Position numbers and translations under genes: made by a program
Notes under the pieces: model-generated
What the model was told of the DNA's origin: nothing
The model's database searches: none
Seen by the model: the letters and a program-made list of their open reading frames with translations, nothing else
Assembly (NCBI GenBank): GCA_946965045.2
Contig: OX337230.1
Span: 806,001 to 870,000, forward strand
Source: Epithemia pelagica
Lineage: Eukaryota > Protista > Bacillariophyta
Reading direction: 5' to 3'
Length of the DNA: 64,000 bases
Part shown: positions 1 through 10,467 of the stretch, in pieces
How positions within the stretch are numbered: position 1 is the first letter of the stretch
How the letters are laid out: each line of letters begins with the position of its first letter

Positions 1-1309
1 CCAACAAATTGGTTGGGATTTGCCATTGCCCGAAGAGGCAGTATTGGCAGCTTTCTTGGCATCTTCTTGGGCATTGAACACGGAGTTCTTTCCCTTCGTT
101 TTAGAACCGTGCCAGTCATTACTGCTGCATAATTCATTATACTTAGTTTCGGCTAAGCGAAGCAAAACATCAACTTCCAATCCACCAGTGTCATCAGGAT
201 CACCTTGAAGTTTACCGATGTCCCGTGCCATTGTGTAAGTTTGCTCGATATAGCGGAAATAGGAGTTAAATTTGCCAACGGATGAAGTTTGCATGACCTT
301 TAGCGCTTGCTGATTAAAACGCTCTGGAACTTTCTTGACCCATTTCAAGTTTCAAGCGCTTGTGTGCACCACGGATTAAACTTACAACACGAAGAACATT
401 TTCACCTTGAAACTCATTGATCTTCAAATTCTTAACCAAGTCTTTCAAATGATCAATAGCGGCTTCCGAACTTGAAACTAGAATGTTCATCATAATGACG
501 AAGAGCAGCGGACCCCCTTGTTGAATGGTAGGGTAAGTCTCAAACTGTTCGTAGCATTTTTCAAACAGACTTTGAGTCATGTTATTTTCCAGATGCTTGT
601 AGGTCAGTACCAAATTCTCCCGGTACCAATCCTTCTTGGTCCAGCGGCGATACCATTCACAACTGGCTGCAACTTCATCGGGAGTAACTTCCTCATAATT
701 TAAATATAGATCTACAGTACGAGACTCAATACTCCGGGATCCCTTCGACTTGGGGAACACAATTGTGAACACGTCATGCATATCGTAAACCATATGCGTG
801 TCCTTGGTCTTGGAAATCATGATGGCAGTGTTATAACACTCATCCAACTTCTTTTCATCGGTCAAACTCATACTCGTGAAAGTATATTTCGTTTGCGATG
901 TCTTCACGGCTTCCTTGAAGAGATCTTGTTTCTTCTCCGAGGACATCTTCTCCCTGTTCTCTTTCTAATGTAGAGGTCCTTGATCCGCGACACCATATCC
1001 CCTTGAACCTGGTTCCACCAGCTCAACTGCCAGTCCCCCAACCATGAATTGGGTATCTGTATCTAACGGGTAGTCATCGCTCTTTGAACTCTTATCCGAA
1101 TTGTTTTCATCGCTTGTTCTTCTTTGTCTTCTCTCATTAGGACCCTGAAGCGTTTCGTCGAGTGTTCAGAATCCAAAGTCGGATTCCCGATAGCCGGTTC
1201 CAGTCTGGTCTTCCGCTGAGGCGTCTTGATAGTCCTCATCGTCTCCCGTGTTAGCCGGTGCAGCACCTGAAGCGGGTGAAACATTTGCCGAGTCTTCTGC
1301 TCGCGCCAT
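1..1309 (-). mobile_element. Degenerate Ty1/Copia (diatom CoDi-like) LTR retrotransposon, gag region; continues off the left edge
   Basis: One frame from ATG 1309 (MARAEDS...) runs into ORF 314-946 (GGPLLFVIMM...LKINEFQGENVLRVVSLIRGAHKRL, typical of diatom Copia gag). It has in-frame stops at 1166-1168 (TGA) and 965-967 (TAG) and a frameshift near 340, after which ...VMQTSSVGKF...KYNELCSSNDWHG continues. Confidence 0.75.
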
Positions 1310-1491
1310 TGTTCTCACCTTCTCTCTGTCCTATCTTGCCAGAGCACTCACTTCCTTGACACCGTACGACCTTGGGAAACCTTCTACAGCGTAATACTTG
1401 GGCTCAGAACCTGCGAGTAGTGGAAAAGAACGGCGGTCTCTTTCCCATGGAGCAATCCGTAAAAGGATACTTATTCTGATAATCACTATTA

Positions 1492-1652
1492 TGTTAGTCC
1501 TAAATTCTCACTAAATTCACTTGGATCTTTTCTTCAATATCTTTTGGATGAGTCATTCCATCCATTCGTTCACATCTACGTCGCTCATCATTCGTGATTG
1601 ATGAGTCTTGTTGCCGAGTATAAGCTTGCTACCCCAGCTATACTCGCAAACA
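1492..1652 (-). repeat. Candidate 5' LTR of the Copia element (161 bp, TG...CA)
   Basis: TG...CA bounded segment about 180 bp upstream of the gag ATG. The second LTR is outside the window and no clear PBS was found, so this is tentative. Confidence 0.4.
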
Positions 1653-2223
1653 AGAAAAAACAAATGATTCCTCTCTAGAGATCGCGAAATAAAGATACGG
1701 GAACCGCTTCAAAGAACCTAGGCTTTCGAGCTTGTGGCGTGGTAAGTGGAACGAAACTGAATGTAAAAGATCCAAGGAAACACATGAATCTTTCGGCATT
1801 CAAGACATCGATCGGGGACTTTTACAGCTTCCGAATTTCTCCGTGTTCGCGACTTGTTTGTACATCCAAGCGCTGGAATAGGTCTACTACCAGGGAGTAT
1901 TGCAAATTGCAATCTTAGCACTATCCACAATGCTCTGCTTCATGGTAAAATTACCTCTAAGGAGTAATCTGACATTTCGATATCTCGTTGTTTGGACAGC
2001 TATTACGGATATTTGGAATTTGGAGTCGCTTTCCCATATTTCGATTCAATAGATACGAATTCGAGGGGGAGTAGCTAGAGGGAAGGAAATAATATTCCGT
2101 TCCCGTAGTAGCATCACCTTTCACCGATGGCCTCTAGAGGAAACGATGTTTCTGGACTAAAAACAGCGCCTGCTTCACAAACTCAGAAGCCGTATGCCAT
2201 GGATATCTTGATCATGTCCATCT

Positions 2224-4181
2224 TCATGTACAATCGGTTCGCAGAGGGGACATGCTTGTTGCCGCCGCCGCATGTTCCAACTCAATGATGGGACTCTTCT
2301 CCCATCCACCTCGGTTCCCCACGCTGTATCGACCCCCATAGGCAAAGTAGTACGCCGCCGAAACGGCCAGAAACACGACGAGCATGGCAAGGCCAACGAG
2401 ATCGAGTTGGACAATGAGATACCAATTGGAGAAAATGGCCAAGCAAGGTAAGAGTGGAACAAACGGCGTGGCAAAGTAGCCTTCTTCCTTTTGCAATTGT
2501 TCTTCGTGATAATGATGTCGATTTCCCCCAAAGACTGTGGATCGTGGACACCATCGGTATACAGCAAAACAGGTCAAGGAAACGGCAGCAATCGACAAGA
2601 CACCCAGCAATGGTCCAACCAAGGATCCCACTAATCTGGTGAGCACCAGACTGCAGACCACGCACAAGACATGAAACAGAAACATGAGTTGGCTGGGAAG
2701 ATGGGGGAGGGATGCCGTGCCCTCATGCCAGAGCAAGACCACGGAAGTATCCGTCAGTGCCAAAACCAAGAGCACCGCCCCACTAATCATATCGTTCAAT
2801 TTGTCAAAGGGTACCAAGGCCGAAACCACAATCATAATGCCACCCGCGAACAATGTCCCCTTCCACAAGTTTCCGTACTCATCAATTTCGCCAAAGAACG
2901 ATGGCAGCAAACCATCCACGGCCAAGGCATATTGTAGTCGAGGTTGCGCCATGATGGTGACCAAGACCACAATGGGAAGCGTCACAATCTCACCCAGACT
3001 GATAAACTCCGCCAGAGCATTGGCACCAACAGAACGAAACGCGTTGGGAAAGGCCGAGACGGGAGAAATTTCCAAATAGGGTTGCATTCCCGTAAGAAAC
3101 AAACTTGCCCCGCTGTAAATGGCCATTACAAAGACCAGGACACAAAAGAGGGCCAGCGGGAGATTGCGTTTGGCGTTCTGGGCCTCACCTGCCATGGCCG
3201 TGACCTGATCATATCCCAAGTAGCCAAAAAATGTTCCCGTGGCTTGAGCGAGAGAACACATCCATAAGCGTCAGAAGTGAGAGTAGCTCGGTTCCTACTT
3301 TGCAATGACCATGTTGGCGACTTACCACCTCGAACAATGCCACCAACACCATAGGGAGCAAACGGTGTCCAATTGGAGGGTTTCACGTAACAAAGAGCTC
3401 CAAACACCATGACAGTGACTACCACGACCTTGAGGCCTGTAAACCAGTTGGTCGCAGCCTTGCTTTCCTTCACTCCACAAAGCAACAATCCAACAGTGGC
3501 TGTCGAAAGGACCAACGCTAGTGGATTAAAAGATGCGTGAATGTCAAACGAGTTGAGCCAAGGAGTGTCTGGCAGCTCTTCGGTAAGCCACAAAACACAT
3601 TTGTCTCCCCAACTTCGGGACACTGCTGCTGCAGCGGCAACATACTCAATTGAGAGGCAGGCGGCTGTCAGGACAGCACATAATTCGCCCATGGCCACGT
3701 AATTGTAGGCATAGGCTCCTCCCGCCAAGGGAATTCGACCCGACAGTTCGGCATAGCAGCAAGCGGACAACAAAGCTGTAAATCCGGAAATCAACCAGCT
3801 CACAACCGTGGCAGGTCCTGCATATTGATTGGCTACCAGGCCAGCCAACACAAAAATGCCGGAACCCACTGTGCTCCCAATGCCAAGAGCGATCAGGTCG
3901 CCCAGTGTCAAGTGACGTTCCAGAGTATTCGAAACTCCAGAAGACTGTCTCGTCAAGACATCGTGACTGTTTTCATCGGTGGGAATGGCATCGTAATGGA
4001 TTCGAGATGAGTTCTTTCGAGGTACGCCCTTGTTGCTTCCGCCACTATCATCATCCTCCGATGGCCCGTCTCCTAGTTCGGCCCGAAAATCGGGTAGAGG
4101 TTTTCTCAAGAAAGGACTGGAGGTCTTTGTTCGCGACGAATCACCTGTCGATGGAGAAACCACCGACCATACATTCGTCAT
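2224..4181 (-). CDS. APC-superfamily cationic amino-acid permease (CAT-like), 2 exons (4181-3326, 3242-2224)
   Basis: GIGSTVGSGIFVLAG, YAELSGRIP, GTFFGYLGYD, QPRL and C-terminal FATPFVPLLPC motifs; many TM segments; the GT-AG intron 3325-3243 restores RGATGTFF in frame. Confidence 0.92.
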
Positions 4182-4414
4182 AATGTTGTTGTTGTTGTTG
4201 CTGCTGCTGATGATGATGATGGCTATTGTCCTTGTTCGCTTTTGCAATGTCGTTCATGGTACTTTTTCGGTTGACATTCGCATGTGATTGGCGATGTCTC
4301 GACCCTGTCATCGTCCGCGAGTCCAAAGGCGACTGTAAGTGCGATCGGAATTCGGAATATTCGGTCGCGCTACCTCTCTGCCACACATGTGAGCATTTTG
4401 TCGACGCCATTACC

Positions 4415-5964
4415 ATGGTGCAAGCAAGCAATCACATGGACGTTCTCTTGTTTGCGTCGATTTCTGCATTGTTCTATACGTTCCAGCGGATCAAGGATGC
4501 AGAGGGAAGAAGAGTTTTGGATGCGGATGAGTTGATCTGCCTGGTTACTCCCGAAAATCGAGTGCTTCCGAGTGGAGGACATCGGGCCACCATGCGCCGT
4601 CAGAATTTATGGCATAGAGCCACCTACGTTGCGATACGGCACGAACCGGAGCATCTAGAACAGCACGGTAGCCATCCATCCGATGTTTTCCTTCTTGTGC
4701 AGAAGCGGTCGAGTAGAAAAGACTACTGTCCCGGACGATTCGATGCGACTCCGGGAGGCGTGGTTGGCTTTGAAGAATCCTACTTGGAGAATGCACAACG
4801 AGAGATGGAAGAGGAGATGGGTATCAAGGTGGGCAATAGTCTTGAGCGACTCTTGACATTTTCATTTGAAGACGACCGAGTTCGTGTTTGGGGAGAATTT
4901 TTTGAATTCACGTATCGGGGAGCGCTCAAAGATCTGCGCATTCAGAGAGAAGAGGTTGAATCCATTGAGCGTATGTCCTTACAGGATCTCATGGAAAGAA
5001 TGGAGTCCGAGCCTGATCAATTCATGCCTGATTCTCTTACGCGATCAAGCTGTATCTCCAAAGACGCTTGGATATGTCGGTGAATAGGCGTTTACTTAAA
5101 GGTCACTCATCGTCCGATTTGGATGCTTACGAGCTTCGGCCGAAACCTTCTGCGATATTCTTTGACTGCGACGATTGCCTTTACTTTGATGGGTGGAAAA
5201 CGGCCAACCTTCTGAGAGACAGGATTGAACAATGGTGTTTAAAACATCATGGTTTGCGACTTTGTCAGGCTTATGAAATGAACAACAAATACGGCACTGG
5301 GTTACGCGGCTTGCTTGCTGAGGGGAACTTGGAGGATACAGACAAATCAATTGACAGGTTCCTTGCAGAAGTACATGACATTCCAGTGAAGGATCTCTTG
5401 CCACGCGATGACAATCCTCGGTCCATTCTTCTTAGGATGGACCCTTCCATTCCCAAGTTTGTCTTTACTGCAAGTGTCAGAGATCACGCCTTGCGCTGCT
5501 TGCAAGCCCTGGGTATTGACGATGGTCTCTTTGTTGACATCATTGACTGCAAGTCGTGCAAACTCGAAACCAAGCACAGTCGATTTTCATTCGAAACTGC
5601 GATGAAAGTCGCTGGGTAAGTACGAAAGGATCTTGTGTGTGTGTCGAAACTTGAACTAGGCCATTAAACCCTTCTTGGTTTTCGGCAGGGTGGAGAATCC
5701 AGAAGAGTGTCTATTTTTTGATGATAATGTAAAGAACATACGTGCTGTACGGGAAGTAGGATGGCGTAGTGTGCTCGTGGGTCGGTAAGTTGTCCCCAAA
5801 TCTGGTACACCAATTACCGTTTCCCTGCTGATTTCTTATGGTATTCGTTCTATTCTGAAAGGATTGGCCGAGATTCAGGACTTCCATTGTCCTCAGAACG
5901 TGCAGAACTGGAAATTGACAGAATTCACGACATTGAACGTGTCTTCCCTGATCTTTTTGTGTGA
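4415..5964 (+). pseudogene. NUDIX hydrolase + HAD pyrimidine 5'-nucleotidase-like fusion gene with a 1-nt frameshift near 5038 (real lesion or assembly error)
   Basis: NUDIX box GGVVGFEESYLENAQREMEEEMG; HAD motifs FFDCDDCLY and FFDDNVKN; introns 5616-5688 and 5785-5861. Adding one base at ctt^ac gives DSLHAIKLYLQRRLDMSVN and joins the two ORFs. Confidence 0.8.
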
Positions 5965-8104
5965 TAGAATGTTGGATTCATTTCAATCAATGCCATGGTG
6001 TAAGGAGTGGACAAAGTGAATGAAGGTGCTTGGGAAAAGAGTGCTCATTCGTATTACTTCAGTTCACTGTGGAGGTACCGGTGGGTCTTGTCGTTGAGGC
6101 TAAAAATGACAAAATTTCACATCGTGGATGCAGGTCTGATGTCGGGAATAGATCCCCCAGTTACGAGAATGAGAATGAGTGTCTTTGGTGAGTGCTTTCG
6201 CTGCATCGTGGAAAACAGGACAAGTCGATCACGAAGACACGGAACCATTGGAGACGCGTAATGTGTATTCGATGACAAGATCAATATATGGATGATTGAT
6301 TCTAATAGTGAACGAGTCCAATGGACGCGTGCAGGAGTTGATTACCAGAAATATTAGAGTCTCTCTTGTCATACACTCGACTGTTGCAAAATGTCAAGTC
6401 ACCCACAAAGACGAACGATGGGCCATCACAGGATCATTTTCTTACAATCATACTTGGAGTGTAAACTCGTGATCATTCTTTCTTTCTCGACGGTTCCCAT
6501 TCTCGGTTGGTTTTGAATAGCAAACTCACATGCAAGACACATCACGGTGTACATGAACATGGTTTGCACTTTGAACCCGCTGTGAATGAACATGGTTTGC
6601 ACTTTGAATGTTCCACGCCATAGACACCCATAGTACCACTCTCGGAACTTTTCGAGACCTCCTCCGTTATGATCCGTAGCCCAGAATCGTCGGATCCATG
6701 CCCCACAATCACGGGTCCGCTTGGGGAGGCGTGACAATGGCGTTGTTTACATCTTCACACGATTTCTCCACAGAAACTCGGATGTACGGAGCAGGAGTTC
6801 AGTTCTCATTCTTCCCTTGAGTGATTGCCCTCTAGAAAGCGTCCAAGAAAAAGGAGGTCCATTGCACAGACATGTCATGCCGAGTTGCATTCGAGACATG
6901 CAAGGATGAAGTTGGAGTTCTCGTCGTCTCTCCATGTCCTTGACATTCTATGTTCACCGAGGTCTACAATACCTTCCTAGAGAAAAGGATGTGTCTTGTG
7001 TCTTGCAGTAAACCACGACAATTCTTGTCTGAGACTTGCTTTTGGTCGCCAAATTTTTGCATTGAGGTGGACACTAAAACCAACACCAAGCTTTCCTTCT
7101 TTCAAACATTGCTGTCAGCTTCGAGCAATGACCTCGTTTCGGAGAGTGAAGAAGGGCAAGGAAACAAGAAAAGGGAGACAAGAGACAATGTCTTGGTTCT
7201 TGGTGTCTGAGGTGTGAGTAGGGAGCGTCCTTGTTTGTAGTGGATTGTTGAGACACGCAAAACAGAAAAAGTGAGAGAAGAAGCCTTTCTTTCTTCTGAA
7301 CTGTAGACTACCATAGCACCTAAGTCCCACAGTACATTCGGAAGAAAGAAAATTCTAAAGATACTTTCTTAAGCAAATGTTATGTATCACATATAAGCCC
7401 CTGTCCCTTTCATGTGTCGTATCTCTGTCTCAGACTCAGACATCGGTCCAAAGTTGAACTCTTCAGCACACGTCTGTAAGAGGTTTCTGTCATTGTTGAG
7501 CGATGGGAAGTGGAATGAGAAAGGTGCATGACGTCACCACTTTATGTCGCATAACCGTCACAATACCCTTTTCGAGGAGAGAGATCGTTATAAAACAAGT
7601 CTCACTTCATGTCTTATCAGCAATATTATGAAACTCTCTAGCGCTTCACATGATAATTGAAGAAGAAGACTGAGAATGGTGAAAGGAAAAGGACAGAAAG
7701 CAGACCTCATAGCACAAGTACTTGTACACTAGGTAGGACGTATCCTTCTCATGTCTGAGGTGCACAAAGAAAGCAGAAAGGAAATTCCTTGTTTACCTTG
7801 TCTTTTTACGCAAAGATATGGAGGAGCGGAAATCAAGATTACACTCTATCGGTACAAATGAGGAAACTCCGTAAAAAGTTATACGATAAAAAACACAAGG
7901 CGTGCTGAGACATACATGCTGACATCATGAAAATCTTTCTCCTTTCTCTTTTTCCCTTTTTGCGTTCGATGGTTGCTAGAATTTAACGTGCAAACCGACA
8001 AATGCCAGGAGTGCAAAAGCCACACTTGTTTCGCTCACAATTTTTCGACGAGTGCAAGTCAAAAGCGAACATCAAGAGAAACAACATTTGACAAAACTCT
8101 CATC

Positions 8105-10074
8105 ATGGCTCCCCGCAATCAAGACGAAACGATTCAAGAGATGGACGAGGTGGATCAGCAAAAGGTTGCCAACAACCTCCCTGCCTCCCAGTTGAGCAAC
8201 TCTGAACTTGTCCCTGACGCTGGAAAGGTTCACATGGACGAAGGTCAGCCATGGGGTGCTGGTATCATCAACGACTTTAAGCGCACCGTCGGAACGCACT
8301 GGGTCACCGAGTTCACCAACTTTAACCAAAAGACCGTTGCTGTGACACTTTTGGTGTTCATTTCCGTCATTGCCCCCACCTTGACCTTTGGAGCCGTGTA
8401 CGGAAAAGAAACCGACAACAAGATTGGAGCGGTCGAAACCATTTTGGCCACGTCGTGGGTCGGAGTGACTTACAGTCTCATTGGTGGTATGCCTCTCGTA
8501 AGTAAAGACGAAACGGTTCATGATTGATCGACGTGATTGTTCCATACTTTCTAACAGCATCTGGTCAACTTTGCAGTGTGTTATTGGCTCCACTGGTCCA
8601 GTGCTTGCCTTTACCAAGGCCGTCGTCCGAATTGCCGATAACATTGGTGTCCCTTTCTTGACTTTCAGCGCATGGTGTCCCTTTCTTGACTTTCAACGCA
8701 TGGATTTCCTGCTGGTTGTTGTTCTACTGTGTCACTGCCGCCTTCTTCGACTTGACTCGCGTCGTTCGTCTCGCCACTGGTTTCACGGATGAAATCTTTG
8801 CCTTTTTGATTGTGACAATCTTTGTGTTTGACGCCGTCGGTGATCCGTTCTCGGATGTCGGTATCCTTCGATACTTTGACCCCAATCACCCTTCGCATGA
8901 AGACTTTGAAGACGACCCAGACTACGACTACATGGAAGTTGCTTTTCTCAGTACCTTGCTTGGTTTCGGAACTACCGCCCTCATCTTCTTCTTCCGAAGC
9001 TTCAAGAACTCGTCCTTCTTTTGCAACGATGGTGTTCGTAACTCGGTCCATGACTTTGCCGTCACCATGTCTGTGTTGATTGCCACTGTGATCAAGGAAA
9101 TCCTCTTCAGCGATGTTGAAACTGAACAATTGAACGTTCCTGACAAGTTCGAACCTTCCTTCAAGTGCTGCGACGACTCCTGTAGCACATTTTTCCCTGA
9201 TGACTGTCCTGATCAAGCCGAAGCTGCCAGAACTCGTGACTGGTTTGTCGACTTTTCTGACTTGAACGGCAAGGGATGGGTACCCATTGTTGCTGCTTGT
9301 CCTGCCATCCTTGCCTTCTTGCTTTGCTTCCTCGACAACGGTATCACATGGCATTTGATCAACCACCCCAACCACAAATTGAAGCACGGTGAAGCTTACA
9401 ACTACGATCTCTGCTTGAATGGTTTGTTCAACTTTGTCAATGGTATCCTTGGTCTTCCCTGGTTGGTCGCCACCACGTTTCCTTGCATTATCCATCTTAA
9501 CAGTTTGGCTGACAAGGACAAGGATGGTAACATTATTGACGTGCAGGAGACTCGTTTGACCTTGTTCTTTTCGCACTTGATGGTTGGATTGTCCTTGCTT
9601 GTTCTGGAACTTCTTCAATTGTTGCCCATGCCTGTCTTGTACGGTGTGTTCTTGTTTATGGGTCTCTCTGCCTTGCCCGCCATGCAATTCTGGAACCGCA
9701 TCTTGCTTTGGTTGCAACAACCCAGCCGATACCCCGACACGGTCTTCAACCGGTACATGGAAAAGCCCAAGGTGCACTTGTACACCATCCTTCAAATCTT
9801 CTTTTTCGGATTGGTCTTTTTGGTGCAAAACATGTCGGCCATTTCCATTATTTTCCCCCTCATGACCTTGTTGTGTATCCCGGCTTGTTTGTTCTTCTTG
9901 CCGCGATTCTTTGAAGGTTGGGAATTGTGCTTGTTGGATGGTGATGACTTTGAAATCAAGGCATGGGTTGACAAGAAGCGCCATGCCCAACATTCTCTGA
10001 GATTTGCCGACGCCGAAGTTGCCGATTTGGAAGCGGACGACGGCGAAGGAGAAATTGTGGAGAATGCCCATTAA
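8105..10074 (+). CDS. SLC4: SLC4-family bicarbonate/anion transporter, frame disrupted by a 28-bp tandem duplication at 8646-8701
   Basis: FISVIAPTLTFGAVYG, GSTGP, FTDEIFA, LPWLVATT, VQETR and VLYGVFLFMG motifs of HCO3- cotransporters; intron 8498-8576. Confidence 0.9.
8646..8701 (+). repeat. 28-bp tandem duplication inside the SLC4 exon
   Basis: ggtgtccctttcttgactttcaGcgcat followed by ggtgtccctttcttgactttcaAcgcat (one mismatch). Confidence 0.97.
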
Positions 10075-10467
10075 ATTCAAGTGTTTCCGGTTCCTGTTTC
10101 AAGATATGCTATTGACTATTAGATAAGTGTTTTGTGCTTTCAACTCCCATCTTCTTGTACAATGTAGATTAGTGCTGTGATCACTTCCAGAATGCTGGAC
10201 ATGCCCGGTCCACGGCGTTAATCATTGACCAGATGGTCACCGCTGGGTTGACACTGTGCACGTTCAGCAAGCTCCATCGTCTTTCTCTCACTACGCACCC
10301 AAGAGCCAAGTGAAGCCACCCATGAACCCAATTGGTTACTAACTTTCATGTTCAAATAATGACTGGTCAATTAACCTGGCAGCAGAAACAACGAGAACCA
10401 CCATGTTCGACCATGACAGTAACAGTCAGTCCAAAAAACCAAAAGCGCTGTCGACAGCGCTTCAGTC

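Noticed and set aside
6554-6609. Two copies of tgaacatggtttgcactttgaa (period about 33 bp); similar doublet at 20207-20261
   Set aside because: Only two units with no array structure; ordinary slippage duplications, not CRISPR-like.
6000-7950. Short ORFs in the long intergenic region upstream of SLC4
   Set aside because: No motifs, TIRs or LTR ends could be supported.
8665-10080. 471-aa antisense ORF over SLC4 (similar shadows at 13679-15175, 24841-26043, 50738-51727 and 60567-61682)
   Set aside because: These mirror well-supported genes on the opposite strand and are explained by codon bias; no independent motifs.
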